This document shows, piece by piece, positions 19,210-27,861 of a DNA stretch of 64,000 nt (position 1 is the stretch's first letter; every line of letters begins with the position of its first letter). This DNA comes from Candidatus Kaiserbacteria bacterium (GTDB lineage Bacteria > Patescibacteriota > Minisyncoccia > Phycocordibacterales > UBA2100): contig JAQBQU010000019.1 of the NCBI GenBank assembly GCA_028286865.1, positions 6,930-70,929 of the forward strand, given 5' to 3'. The notes beneath the pieces were generated by a model. The model ran no database searches and was not told the DNA's origin. It was given only the letters and a program-made list of their open reading frames with translations. The position numbers and the translations under genes are program-made.

Positions 19210-20874
19210 ATGGTTGCAAGAAGGGGTCCCCGAAACGGGCATAAATACATTTTCGTGTTCGGTGGAGTGATGTCGGGGGTCGGCAAGGGTATTTCGACCG
19301 CATCGATCGGAAAAATTCTCGCCGGCCGCGGGCTCAAGGTCAATCTGGTCAAGATCGATCCGTATCTCAACGTCGATGCGGGGACGATGAATCCCACGGA
19401 GCACGGCGAGGTCTTCGTCCTTGATTCGGGGCTGGAGACCGACCAGGACATGGGCAACTACGAGCGCTTCCTCAATCGCGACCTGGGTCCTGAAGACTAC
19501 ATGACTTCCGGCATGGTCTACAAAGCGGTGATCGAGCGCGAGCGCAATTTGGGCTATCAGGGCAAGTTCGTCGAAGCCATCCCTCATGTGCGCGATGAGA
19601 TCATCGAGCGATTGCGCCGTTCAGCCAAAATGGCGGCCTCCGATGTCACTGTCGTCGAAGTGGGCGGTACTTTGGGGGATTTTTCCAATGCACTTTTTAT
19701 CGATGCTGCGCGCGTGATGCATCTTGAGAGCCCCGCAGATGTGCTCTTCGTCATGGTCTCGTATCTTCCGGTCCCATACACGATCGGCGAAATGAAGACC
19801 AAGCCGACCCAGAATGCCGTGCGCCAACTCAACTCCTACGGGGTCCAGCCGGACATCATCATGGCCCGCTCGACGCACCCGCTCGATCACAAGCGCAAAG
19901 AGAAGCTCGCGATCTGGTGCAACGTGCAGGCCGATCACATCATCTCTGCCCCCGACGTCGATTCTATCTACGATGTACCCCTCAATTTCGAGCGCGACAA
20001 ACTCTCGGATATTCTCCTTAAGGCCCTCGGCAAGCGTGTGAAGCAGACCTCGGATCTTAATGAGTGGAAATCATTCGCCGACAAAGCGCATCATGCACAG
20101 AAGCCCGTGAAGATCGGCATCGTCGGCAAATACTTCGATACCGGCGACTTTGTTCTATCAGACGCATATCTCTCGGTGATCGAAGCGATCAAATTCTCTG
20201 CATATCACGAAGGTCACAAGCCAGAGATCGCATGGATCAATGCCAAAGACATCGAAAGCGGGAAGCTTCCGCTCTCAGCACTCGAAGACTACGACGGCAT
20301 CCTCGTCCCCGGCGGATTTGGAGAGAGCGGTATCGAAGGCAAGATCAAAGCGATCCAATTCGCACGCGAGAATAAGATCCCATATTTCGGCCTCTGCTAC
20401 GGCATGCAGCTGCTCACGGTGGAATACGCACGTCATGTCGCCGGACTCGAGGGCGCCAATACGACCGAGATCAATCCGAAGGCAAAAGATCCGGTCATTA
20501 TGATATTGCCGGAACAGATCGAGAAACTTGCCAAGAAGGATTACGGAGGCTCAATGCGACTCGGTGCATATCCGTGTAAGCTCGAAGAGGGAACGATCGC
20601 GCGCGAAGCATACGGAGAGAAGACCGTTTCCGAGCGCCACCGTCACCGCTACGAAGTGAATCCTGACTACGTTGAGCGTCTCGAAGAAGCCGGCCTCGTA
20701 TTCTCGGGCCGCTCTCCCGATGGCCGCCTCATGGAGATCGCGGAGCTTCCGAAGAGCGAACACCCATTCATGCTCGGCACCCAATTCCATCCCGAGCTCA
20801 AAGCGCGTCCGCTCAGCCCGCATCCGCTCTTCACCGCGTTCATCAAGGCGGCTATCGTTAAGGGCAAGAAGTAG
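19210..20874 (+). CDS. pyrG: CTP synthase
   Basis: KYIFVFGGVMSGVGKGI N-terminus and a C-terminal GATase domain (GLCYGMQ...HRHRYEVN). Confidence 0.95.
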   Translation: MVARRGPRNGHKYIFVFGGVMSGVGKGISTASIGKILAGRGLKVNLVKIDPYLNVDAGTMNPTEHGEVFVLDSGLETDQDMGNYERFLNRDLGPEDYMTSGMVYKAVIERERNLGYQGKFVEAIPHVRDEIIERLRRSAKMAASDVTVVEVGGTLGDFSNALFIDAARVMHLESPADVLFVMVSYLPVPYTIGEMKTKPTQNAVRQLNSYGVQPDIIMARSTHPLDHKRKEKLAIWCNVQADHIISAPDVDSIYDVPLNFERDKLSDILLKALGKRVKQTSDLNEWKSFADKAHHAQKPVKIGIVGKYFDTGDFVLSDAYLSVIEAIKFSAYHEGHKPEIAWINAKDIESGKLPLSALEDYDGILVPGGFGESGIEGKIKAIQFARENKIPYFGLCYGMQLLTVEYARHVAGLEGANTTEINPKAKDPVIMILPEQIEKLAKKDYGGSMRLGAYPCKLEEGTIAREAYGEKTVSERHRHRYEVNPDYVERLEEAGLVFSGRSPDGRLMEIAELPKSEHPFMLGTQFHPELKARPLSPHPLFTAFIKAAIVKGKK

Positions 20875-20876
20875 TC

Positions 20877-21626
20877 ATGCGGCAGTTGAAGCTCGTCTCG
20901 GTGAATATAGAGTATTCCAAACACCTCGATCGCGTTGCAGCATTTCTCTCATCTCAGCGTCCTGATGTGGTCTGTCTGCAGGAACTGAGAGAGATCGATA
21001 TTCCGAATATCAAAGCGGCATTCGGAGCCGAGCATCATGCTTTTGCCCCCGTCACAAGACAAACGTATGAGGGTGAAGAACATGTAGTGGGCATCGGTAT
21101 CCTTTCGTGCATACCGATCGTATCGAGTTCCATCTTTCATTACACGGATGTAACGGAACTGCCGGCCTCTGATACTACGGACCCGTCTACTTACAACAAA
21201 AAACTTTCTCCGGTGCTCTTCTGTGACTTTCGGCGAGAGGATGCAGCGTTCAAGATCGGTACCGCGCACTTCACCTGGACGCCCGACGGCAGCACGAGCG
21301 ATGAGCAGCGCCGGGACATCAAAGTGCTTTTGAGCATTCTTGAGAAGCTCGGAGAATTTGTGTTCACGGGGGATCTCAATGCGCCGCGTATCTACAATGG
21401 AAAGCCGGGGGAGATATTCTCGCAGCTTGCAGAAAGGTACAAAGATAATATTCCTTTTCAATATATTTCTTCGCTTGATCCGGATCTCCATCGGGCAGGG
21501 AAGCTCGATCTGATGGTCGACGGCCTCTTTACGACCCCCGGCTATGTCGCCGATGGGGTCGAACTCCATACCGGCGTGAGCGATCACTGCGCGATCACTG
21601 CCGTTATTCGTCCGGTCACACCATAA
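20877..21626 (+). CDS. Endonuclease/exonuclease/phosphatase (EEP) family protein
   Basis: DVVCLQEL, GDLNAPR and SDHCAI motifs. Confidence 0.7.
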   Translation: MRQLKLVSVNIEYSKHLDRVAAFLSSQRPDVVCLQELREIDIPNIKAAFGAEHHAFAPVTRQTYEGEEHVVGIGILSCIPIVSSSIFHYTDVTELPASDTTDPSTYNKKLSPVLFCDFRREDAAFKIGTAHFTWTPDGSTSDEQRRDIKVLLSILEKLGEFVFTGDLNAPRIYNGKPGEIFSQLAERYKDNIPFQYISSLDPDLHRAGKLDLMVDGLFTTPGYVADGVELHTGVSDHCAITAVIRPVTP

Positions 21627-21632
21627 ACGAAA

Positions 21633-21661
21633 GACGTATCGCAGAATTGCTGCGATACGTC
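21633..21661. terminator. Bidirectional hairpin between convergent genes
   Basis: GACGTATCGCAG-aattg-CTGCGATACGTC, a perfect 12-bp stem. Confidence 0.7.
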
Positions 21662-21675
21662 CTTTATGCGTCTTT

Positions 21676-21888
21676 TCATGCCGGCACCTCCGGCAGGAGA
21701 TAGATCAGATACATCTTATCCTTGAACGGAACTTCACCGTAATAGGTCCCGAGGTCGGAACTTATTTCGGTCACAAAGAACTTGCTTGGGCCGTTGGAAA
21801 AGCTCTTCGAGGCGCTACCGTCGATGATCATCTCTTCGATCGCCCTCTCTGCCGCTTCGGCCAGGCCCTTACTCACTGAGATAGACAT
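21676..21888 (-). CDS. Small hypothetical protein (70 aa)
   Basis: AGGGGG SD about 7 nt before the ATG, in an AT-rich leader. Downstream of the kinase-like gene on the same strand. Confidence 0.5.
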   Translation of the reverse strand: MSISVSKGLAEAAERAIEEMIIDGSASKSFSNGPSKFFVTEISSDLGTYYGEVPFKDKMYLIYLLPEVPA

Positions 21889-21953
21889 GGTCTTTCCCCC
21901 TGGTTATACATAAACTATAGCACAATTACCTAGTTTATGCAAGCTACAGCTAC

Positions 21954-22814
21954 TTAATGGCTTAAATAATAGCGTTTTAGGTGATCGAGGACTTTTTCCA
22001 GTTGCAGTTCATCGCGCGCGTATGGCTTCATCGGTACCCCCGCTGCGTCGCGCGCTTCATATGCACTTTCCTCGGTGATCGCAAAGGCCGCCTTCCCGAA
22101 GTCGATGATATAAGGACTACTGTCCGGAGCGATAAGAATGTTGCCCATATGCATGTCTCGATGATAGATATGGCGCGCGTGCATAGCCGTCATATATGCG
22201 CGGAGCCGCTTCGCAAAAAGATCGAAATCGAAATTTTCGGGCAGTGCCTTGCCCTGAGCAAGGATATCTTCGATGCTCATTGCCTCAAGATACTCCATCG
22301 AGATAACTTTCACTGAGGGAAGGTCGATAACGGTATACAGGATCGGAGTACGTACCCCGTCAACCACGAGATCCTCAAGATCTTCGAGATATTTCGCTTC
22401 GTTCCCGATCGAGTTGCACAATCTGTACTCTTCGAAATTGGTGATCGATTTATAACACACGCGAGAATCTTTCATGTCCTTAAAGACTTTTGCAGCCTTT
22501 CCTTTTCCGACATACAGGTCTTCGCGTTCGGCCGCCTCGCCGATGCGGGCGAGTGTCGCGTATATGCGCCCCTCATCGGATTCGAGATGTTTGAGATCCG
22601 TCATAAACGGCGGCGCCTTCTGTGAGTTCAGTGATCTGCGCTCCTGGATAAACTTGTTGAGTTTGCGCGAAAGTTCCGGCAGTTCTGTGGCGTCGGCTCT
22701 GCTCAGCCTGTCTTCCCAACGGTCACGCAGTTCTTCCGGAAGCGTCCCAATGCGGCGCTCGATCCCTTCGGCAGTATCCTCAAGCGGATTGCGGGGCTTG
22801 AACATCTCAGGCAT
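21954..22814 (-). CDS. Protein kinase-like (ePK/APH fold) protein
   Basis: YHRDMHMGNILI (HRD-type catalytic loop) and IIDFGKA (DFG). The start is uncertain: Met at 22814 has TACAAT 9 nt upstream, and alternatives at 22883 and 23048 overlap the divergent gene. Confidence 0.55.
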   Translation of the reverse strand: MPEMFKPRNPLEDTAEGIERRIGTLPEELRDRWEDRLSRADATELPELSRKLNKFIQERRSLNSQKAPPFMTDLKHLESDEGRIYATLARIGEAAEREDLYVGKGKAAKVFKDMKDSRVCYKSITNFEEYRLCNSIGNEAKYLEDLEDLVVDGVRTPILYTVIDLPSVKVISMEYLEAMSIEDILAQGKALPENFDFDLFAKRLRAYMTAMHARHIYHRDMHMGNILIAPDSSPYIIDFGKAAFAITEESAYEARDAAGVPMKPYARDELQLEKVLDHLKRYYLSH

Positions 22815-22881
22815 AGATATTCCATTGTAACGCACGTAACGGTCATTGCATCCGATACCGAAGTAGGCGAAAGTAGGAGAC

Positions 22882-23817
22882 ATGAAAGGGGTTTGGAGAA
22901 TATTACTCATTGGCGGGCTTGCATGTGCGGCGCTTTTCTTCGTGCATGGCGTGTACCTGCAGGCGGACAATATCGTCGATATTCCGCGTCTATCCGAGGC
23001 GCGCGTGGTGGTCGGCGGCGACATGATGTTCGACCGCTCGATCCGCACGACTATCGATGAGAAAGGCGGCGACTATGTCTTTTCGTGCCTCGACCCGGTG
23101 CTCAAGGGAGCGGATCTCGTGATGGCGAATCTTGAGGGTCCTATCACTCCGAATGCGTCCAAGAGCGTGGGAAGCTCGGTCGGCGGAGCGGGGAATTTCA
23201 CTTTCACTTTCCCGCTTTCCACCGCGGAGCTCCTCTACCGGCACAATGTGCGCGTCGTGAATCTCGGTAATAATCACATCCTCAATTTTAACTTCGAAGG
23301 ACTCCGTGCGACCGAAGACGCACTTACTACCGCGGGGGTAGCGTATTTCGGCGATCCGGTCGCGCAGAGCGTTGCAACGGTCAATATCAATGACGTCGTC
23401 CTTGCTTTCATCAACTACAACGACTTCGGACTCAGTTCGAGCAGCTACCGCGCATCCACGACGCTCTCTCAGATCCGTGCCGCCAAAAAAGCCGGAGCGC
23501 TTCCGGTCGTGTACACGCACTGGGGGATAGAGTACGTGCCCGAGAACGACGCGCAGATAGCGCTCGCGCACGAATTCGTCGATGCCGGTGCGGCGATAGT
23601 GATCGGCTCGCACCCGCATGTAGTGCAGCATCATGAAGTGTACAAGGGGGCCTATATTTATTATTCGCTCGGCAACATGATCTTCGATCAGTATTGGAAT
23701 GATGCAGTGCGCTCGGGGCTTTTGCTCGATATTACATTCCACAAAGGCGGCGTGCGAAGTGTGAAAGAAGTGCCGGTATACCTTGAACGCGACCGAACAA
23801 CGTGCCCTAAGCAGTAA
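22882..23817 (+). CDS. CapA/PgsA-family metallophosphoesterase-like protein (poly-gamma-glutamate capsule synthesis family)
   Basis: N-terminal TM, then GGDMMFDR, ANLEGPIT, NLGNNHILNF, HWGIEY and GSHPHVVQ motifs. Confidence 0.7.
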   Translation: MKGVWRILLIGGLACAALFFVHGVYLQADNIVDIPRLSEARVVVGGDMMFDRSIRTTIDEKGGDYVFSCLDPVLKGADLVMANLEGPITPNASKSVGSSVGGAGNFTFTFPLSTAELLYRHNVRVVNLGNNHILNFNFEGLRATEDALTTAGVAYFGDPVAQSVATVNINDVVLAFINYNDFGLSSSSYRASTTLSQIRAAKKAGALPVVYTHWGIEYVPENDAQIALAHEFVDAGAAIVIGSHPHVVQHHEVYKGAYIYYSLGNMIFDQYWNDAVRSGLLLDITFHKGGVRSVKEVPVYLERDRTTCPKQ

Positions 23818-23858
23818 TCCCCATTGTGCTTTTCGCTCAGCAGGCGATACTTCGCTGA

Positions 23859-23981
23859 ATGCAGCAAAAAACATATCGCTTTCTGAGCATCTTTTTTCTC
23901 TCGGCGCTCTTCTTGATGGTCGCGGTCGTGTGGCAACAACACGCGAGCGTCGTATACGCGGGATCGCTCTCAGGCCTCTAG
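23859..23981 (+). CDS. Candidate 40-aa membrane/secreted peptide (below the ORF-track cutoff)
   Basis: Hand translation gives MQQKTYRFLSIFFLSALFLMVAVVWQQHASVVYAGSLSGL*. GATACT lies 7 nt before the ATG. There is no homology evidence. Confidence 0.3.
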   Translation: MQQKTYRFLSIFFLSALFLMVAVVWQQHASVVYAGSLSGL

Positions 23982-24037
23982 GGATTTAAAATTCCCGAGA
24001 TTCTGATACACTAGCCCCACGTCGCGAAAGCGGCTAT

Positions 24038-24108
24038 TGCCGGATCGTCTAATGGTAGGACTCCTCCCTCTGGAGGAGGGTATCTTGGTTCGAATCCAAG
24101 TCCGGCAA
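24038..24108 (+). tRNA. tRNA-Gln (CTG)
   Basis: TGCCGGA-TC-GTCT-AATGGTA-GGAC-T-CCTCC-CTCTGGA-GGAGG-GTAT-CTTGG-TTCGAAT-CCAAG-TCCGGCA-A. Confidence 0.85.
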
Positions 24109-24130
24109 CAAGTGAACGAAGTGAATCTTT

Positions 24131-24244
24131 TGCCGGACGCAGGATTCGAACGGGAAAGGGGTCGGGAAAACACTCTGTTTTCCCGTGGAGGAAGGATTGG
24201 GAAAACCGTGGGTTTCCCAGTGGTTCGCAGTCCAAATCCGGCAA
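24131..24244 (+). other. 114-nt tRNA-Gln-derived structured element (not a foldable tRNA)
   Basis: Begins TGCCGGA and ends TCCGGCAA, the same acceptor strands as tRNA-Gln. The 3' part GGTTCGCAGTCCAAATCCGGCAA is a degenerate copy of the tRNA 3' end. The interior holds GGGAAAAC/GTTTTCCC/GGGAAAAC/GGTTTCCC segments. Confidence 0.6.
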
Positions 24245-24275
24245 CTCGTAGAATTTACATGATATTGTATTCCTT

Positions 24276-24644
24276 ATGGAAGGGATAAAACATGAGAAGC
24301 AGCCGACCCCGCAGCTTGTACTTGAAGCAATTAAGCGAAAATTCTCTACCTCAAGAGAGTTTATGGCAGAAGTCGTGAGCTCTTCAAAAGAGCATCGGGC
24401 TCACTCCGGTAAGCCAGACGTTGCCGGAGTGATTGCTAAACTTGCGTCCATACGTACTAATACATATGGAAGTGAAGGTGAGGGATTATCGCCAAATGAC
24501 GAATCAGTGACGCCAGACAGAGCAAAAGAGATATGGCACGAGGCGACCAATTTTGGCTTCCTGGTTGCAGCTGTTTACCATGGAGAGGCTACGTTTGTAG
24601 GGGAGAATGGTGAACTCTTGAATGCCCCTCGAAACTTTAACTAG
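24276..24644 (+). CDS. Hypothetical protein (122 aa)
   Basis: An ORF only, with no recognisable family. First gene of the repeat-delimited array. Confidence 0.45.
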   Translation: MEGIKHEKQPTPQLVLEAIKRKFSTSREFMAEVVSSSKEHRAHSGKPDVAGVIAKLASIRTNTYGSEGEGLSPNDESVTPDRAKEIWHEATNFGFLVAAVYHGEATFVGENGELLNAPRNFN

Positions 24645-24664
24645 CTGTTTCTTGGTCCAACAAA

Positions 24665-24686
24665 GTTCCAACTTCGTACCAGACCC
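24665..24686 (+). repeat. Array repeat copy 1
   Basis: GTTCCAACTTCGTACCAGACCC, 20 nt after the upstream stop. Preceded by a partial copy, GGTCCAAC. Confidence 0.8.
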
Positions 24687-24736
24687 CGTACAAGGCGTTC
24701 AAATTAGGTTACATAGAGCGGTGATATAATCCGCAT

Positions 24737-25207
24737 ATGGAAAAAGACATAACAGCGCTGCGTGCCACCGCCCTCGACTTCCTAAAGGGCCATAATGCGG
24801 GGGTAATAGCGACCGTCTCGTCAGAAGGCGATCCGCACGCATCCGTTGTTTATTATGTGGCGGACGATTCGTTTAATATTTATTTTCTGACAAAGCTGGG
24901 CAGCAGAAAATATACCGCGATCCAAGCTCATCCCGCAGCAGCTTTTACTGTCGGACGGCAGGATGTTCCACAAACACTTCAAATTGAAGGCGTAGCTGTT
25001 GAGCTTACGAACGAGGATGAGAAGCGCCCGCATGTAGCCGAATTGATGGACACACTGGCTAAAAATAATCCGCTCTATATACCGATCGCAAAAATGGATT
25101 CGGAAGTGGTCATTATGTGGATACAGCCGAAGTGGATCCGCTGGGCCGACTTTTCTGCGCATGGCATTGGCAACGAAGCGATGTTCACCGAAATTCCGGT
25201 TAACTAA
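24737..25207 (+). CDS. Pyridoxamine 5'-phosphate oxidase-family FMN-binding protein
   Basis: Split-barrel family pattern (GVIATVSSEGDPHASVVYYV...IYFLT). TATAAT + 6 nt + ATG. Confidence 0.65.
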   Translation: MEKDITALRATALDFLKGHNAGVIATVSSEGDPHASVVYYVADDSFNIYFLTKLGSRKYTAIQAHPAAAFTVGRQDVPQTLQIEGVAVELTNEDEKRPHVAELMDTLAKNNPLYIPIAKMDSEVVIMWIQPKWIRWADFSAHGIGNEAMFTEIPVN

Positions 25208-25236
25208 TTCAACACACCTCAGTTTGATCAATGGAG

Positions 25237-25258
25237 GTTCCAACTTCGTACGAGACTC
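25237..25258 (+). repeat. Array repeat copy 2
   Basis: GTTCCAACTTCGTACGAGACTC, 29 nt after the upstream stop. Confidence 0.8.
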
Positions 25259-25281
25259 CACAAGCAAGGTAGAATATCTAT

Positions 25282-25878
25282 ATGACCAAGTACGTCTTGA
25301 ATTCCGGAGGGATGCGGAATTATCCTGACAGAGCGAAGAAGTTCTTCGCTGAAGTCGTAAGCGGACTAGGTGAAAAGCCAAGGATCCTTATTTGTTGCTT
25401 TGCACAGCCGCGGGAGGACTGGGAAGAGAAATTTGAGAAAGATAAGAACACTCTTTTTGATCTATTCCCGGAAGGAATACACCCGGTCCTTGAAATGGCT
25501 TTTCCCGCGACATTCACGGAGCAGATAGAGAATTCTGATGTGGTATATATGCACGGCGGCGATGATCACTTGATCCAGTTCTGGCTGAAACAATTCGATA
25601 TTCCCAAGATCTGGGATGGAAAAGTTGTAGCCACCAGTTCGGCAAGTTCGAATGCACTCGCTCGGCATTTCTGGACCTGCGACTGGCGTCAGGCAATGGA
25701 CGGCCTTGGGATCTTACCGATAAAATTTCTAGCACATTACGATTCTGAATACGGAAAGAATGATCCTCGCGGCCCGGTCGACTGGCAGGCGGGTCGGGAA
25801 GAACTGGAGTCATTCGGGGATACGTCGATGCCGGTACACGCTCTGGGAGAAGGGGAATTCATTGTAATACATGTGTGA
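25282..25878 (+). CDS. Peptidase S51 / type-1 glutamine amidotransferase-like protein
   Basis: VYMHGGDDHLI and VVATSSASSNAL resemble the PepE-family GGN and S-A-G regions. TAGAAT + 6 nt + ATG. Confidence 0.45.
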   Translation: MTKYVLNSGGMRNYPDRAKKFFAEVVSGLGEKPRILICCFAQPREDWEEKFEKDKNTLFDLFPEGIHPVLEMAFPATFTEQIENSDVVYMHGGDDHLIQFWLKQFDIPKIWDGKVVATSSASSNALARHFWTCDWRQAMDGLGILPIKFLAHYDSEYGKNDPRGPVDWQAGREELESFGDTSMPVHALGEGEFIVIHV

Positions 25879-26377
25879 TATGGAAGATGTCGTCGTTGTA
25901 AATGAGAAAGACGAAGTGATCGGCATGATGCCTAAGAATGAAGCGCATCAGAATGGGACACTGCATCGGATCGTTGTCGTTTATATCGAAAACGATAGCG
26001 GAGAATTTCTGGTACAGATCCGCGCCGACGGATTGCTCGATCATTCGGCAGCAGGGCACGTCTTCCCGGACGAGTCGTATATGGACGCCGGGAAACGAGA
26101 ACTTTTAGAGGAGCTTGAGATCACTGCTTCAAGCCTCGCGTACGTGGGTCACGGATCTACTCGTAATGAGCGACAGGCGGGCAAGATCAGTTCGCATGAA
26201 TTCGATATCTTCACGTATACGGCAGAACCGGGAAAGTTGCAGGAAGATGAGGTGAAAGACGTATATTGGGCGAAGCCCGAGCACGTGCTGAAAGATATGC
26301 AGATGAACGGCGATAAATATTGCGAGGGGTTCAAGGTGTCGTTGCCTATTTTTCGATCATTTCAGCAGACTCGATAG
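25871..26377 (+). CDS. NUDIX hydrolase
   Basis: Nudix box GHVFPDESYMDAGKRELLEELEI. Overlaps the upstream gene by 8 nt (alternative ATG at 25880). Confidence 0.75.
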   Translation: MCDMEDVVVVNEKDEVIGMMPKNEAHQNGTLHRIVVVYIENDSGEFLVQIRADGLLDHSAAGHVFPDESYMDAGKRELLEELEITASSLAYVGHGSTRNERQAGKISSHEFDIFTYTAEPGKLQEDEVKDVYWAKPEHVLKDMQMNGDKYCEGFKVSLPIFRSFQQTR

Positions 26378-26379
26378 AG

Positions 26380-26401
26380 GTTCCAACTTCGTATCAGGAC
26401 T
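26380..26401 (+). repeat. Array repeat copy 3
   Basis: GTTCCAACTTCGTATCAGGACT, 2 nt after the stop. Its TTCGTA lies 17 nt upstream of the next gene's TACAAT. Confidence 0.8.
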
Positions 26402-26422
26402 CGGTTCGTATACAATGACGTT

Positions 26423-26851
26423 ATGACCGCAATGTTCGGAAGTTACGATGTATCCGATCGGGTGATCGTCGAGAACGATAGCGCTTTCGCTTTTCCCACA
26501 AACATACCGATTGTCTCGGGCCATGTACTCATTGCCCCTAAGCGCATCGTCGAGAAGTACGAAGACCTCTCCGAGGCGGAGCGCAGCGCCATCGAAGACC
26601 TCAGGCAAAAGATAAAGCATGCGCTTACGACAGTGTTTGCCGCGGAAGGATTTAATTACGCATGGAATGAAGCGAGGATCGGCGGGCAGTCAGTGCCGCA
26701 CTTTCATTTACATGTAGTTCCCAGAAAAGAGGGTGACGCCGGTATCTCTAATTATGAGCCTCGGGAGTTTCTATACCGCCCGGGCCCGCGACCGGAGAGC
26801 CCTGATGCAGAGCTCGTGGAAGTCGCGAATTCTGTTCGAGCCGCTCTATAG
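26423..26851 (+). CDS. HIT-family hydrolase
   Basis: Histidine triad VPHFHLHVVPR. TACAAT + 6 nt + ATG. Confidence 0.8.
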   Translation: MTAMFGSYDVSDRVIVENDSAFAFPTNIPIVSGHVLIAPKRIVEKYEDLSEAERSAIEDLRQKIKHALTTVFAAEGFNYAWNEARIGGQSVPHFHLHVVPRKEGDAGISNYEPREFLYRPGPRPESPDAELVEVANSVRAAL

Positions 26852-26937
26852 CGGTTCTCGGGGCGATATAGAAATGAGCTTCCGGCCTCGTCCCTTATCC
26901 CAACAAATGACAGACTGAGTTTTGCTATACTTTCGGG

Positions 26938-27507
26938 ATGAGAAAACTTGTACTCTTCCTGCATCTATCGTTCGACGGATTCAGTGCCGCAGAAGATGGT
27001 GGGCTTGGTTGGATACCCTATAACGAGGCATTTGAGAAATATGCTGAGAAAATAGTTAAAACCGTAGGGACGCCGGTATACGGGCGCATTACGTACGAGA
27101 TGATGAGATCATATTGGCCGACCGTACTAACGAATCCGGCTGCATCTGCGCACGATAGAGAGCATGCGCTATGGCTAGAGGATGTAGAGAAGATCGTCGT
27201 TTCGACAACGCTCCCGGAACAAGAGTGGAACAACACCAGAGTGATACGTGAGGATGTCGTTGAAGAGATCATTAAGCTGAAACAAAAAGAGGGGAAGGAC
27301 CTCGTTATCTTCGGCAGCATAACGCTCGCTACGTCGCTCATGGCGCATGGCCTTATTGACGAGTTTCAATTCACCGTGAGCCCCGTCATGCTGGGGAAAG
27401 GAAAGACCTTTATACGAAGTATAGAGGAGAAGGTCCCGCTCAAACTTTTGTCATCAGAGACACTCAAGAGCGGAATAGTAGGCCTTCACTATGCAGTCGT
27501 CCGCTAA
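26938..27507 (+). CDS. Dihydrofolate reductase-family protein (RibD C-terminal domain)
   Basis: MRKLVLFLHLSFDGF... and DLVIFGSITLATSL...FTVSPVMLGKGKTF, typical of the family. TATACT + 6 nt + ATG. Confidence 0.7.
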   Translation: MRKLVLFLHLSFDGFSAAEDGGLGWIPYNEAFEKYAEKIVKTVGTPVYGRITYEMMRSYWPTVLTNPAASAHDREHALWLEDVEKIVVSTTLPEQEWNNTRVIREDVVEEIIKLKQKEGKDLVIFGSITLATSLMAHGLIDEFQFTVSPVMLGKGKTFIRSIEEKVPLKLLSSETLKSGIVGLHYAVVR

Positions 27508-27508
27508 G

Positions 27509-27537
27509 GTTCTTACGTCAACTCTTCGTACCGATAC
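27509..27537 (+). repeat. Array repeat copy 4 (with internal insertion)
   Basis: GTTCttacgtCAACTcTTCGTACCGATAC, 1 nt after the stop. Its TTCGTA lies 17 nt upstream of TAAGAT. Confidence 0.7.
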
Positions 27538-27559
27538 CCGGGTCTGTTAAGATGCAATT

Positions 27560-27838
27560 ATGGAGAATAAGAATATAAAGGCAGTGGTGATCGGCGAGCC
27601 GTCAGGCGCGAGTATGGATGCGATCATGGAAATATTTCCGCGGCACAAAGCGGTATTGGACAAATATATACAAAATGGCGACGTGATCGGCGTCGGCCCT
27701 TTTTCCGACATGGGAAATATGGCGATATTTAGATCGCGGGCCGCGGCAGAGGCTTTTGCAGCTGAAGATCCTTTTGTTCTAGAGGGGGTGGTGAAATCAT
27801 TCGCTATCCGCGACTGGAATGACAGTTTATTGAAATAA
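27560..27838 (+). CDS. YciI-family protein
   Basis: 92 aa with a YCII-like pattern (GVGPFSD...AEDPFVLEGVV...W). TAAGAT + 6 nt + ATG. Confidence 0.6.
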   Translation: MENKNIKAVVIGEPSGASMDAIMEIFPRHKAVLDKYIQNGDVIGVGPFSDMGNMAIFRSRAAAEAFAAEDPFVLEGVVKSFAIRDWNDSLLK

Positions 27839-27839
27839 A

Positions 27840-27861
27840 GTTCCAACGTCGTACCAGTCCG
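27840..27861 (+). repeat. Array repeat copy 5
   Basis: GTTCCAACGTCGTACCAGTCCG, 1 nt after the stop. No same-strand gene lies downstream; the next gene converges. Confidence 0.8.

Noticed and set aside
24131-24244. The 114-nt element as a genuine tRNA (intron-containing, long-variable-arm or selenocysteine type) or as SRP/4.5S RNA.
   Set aside because: No D arm or anticodon arm can be drawn. The T-arm copy pairs at only 3 positions. The candidate loops lack U33/purine-37 context and any TCA anticodon. The conserved SRP helix-8 motif (GGAA tetraloop with AGCA) is also absent.
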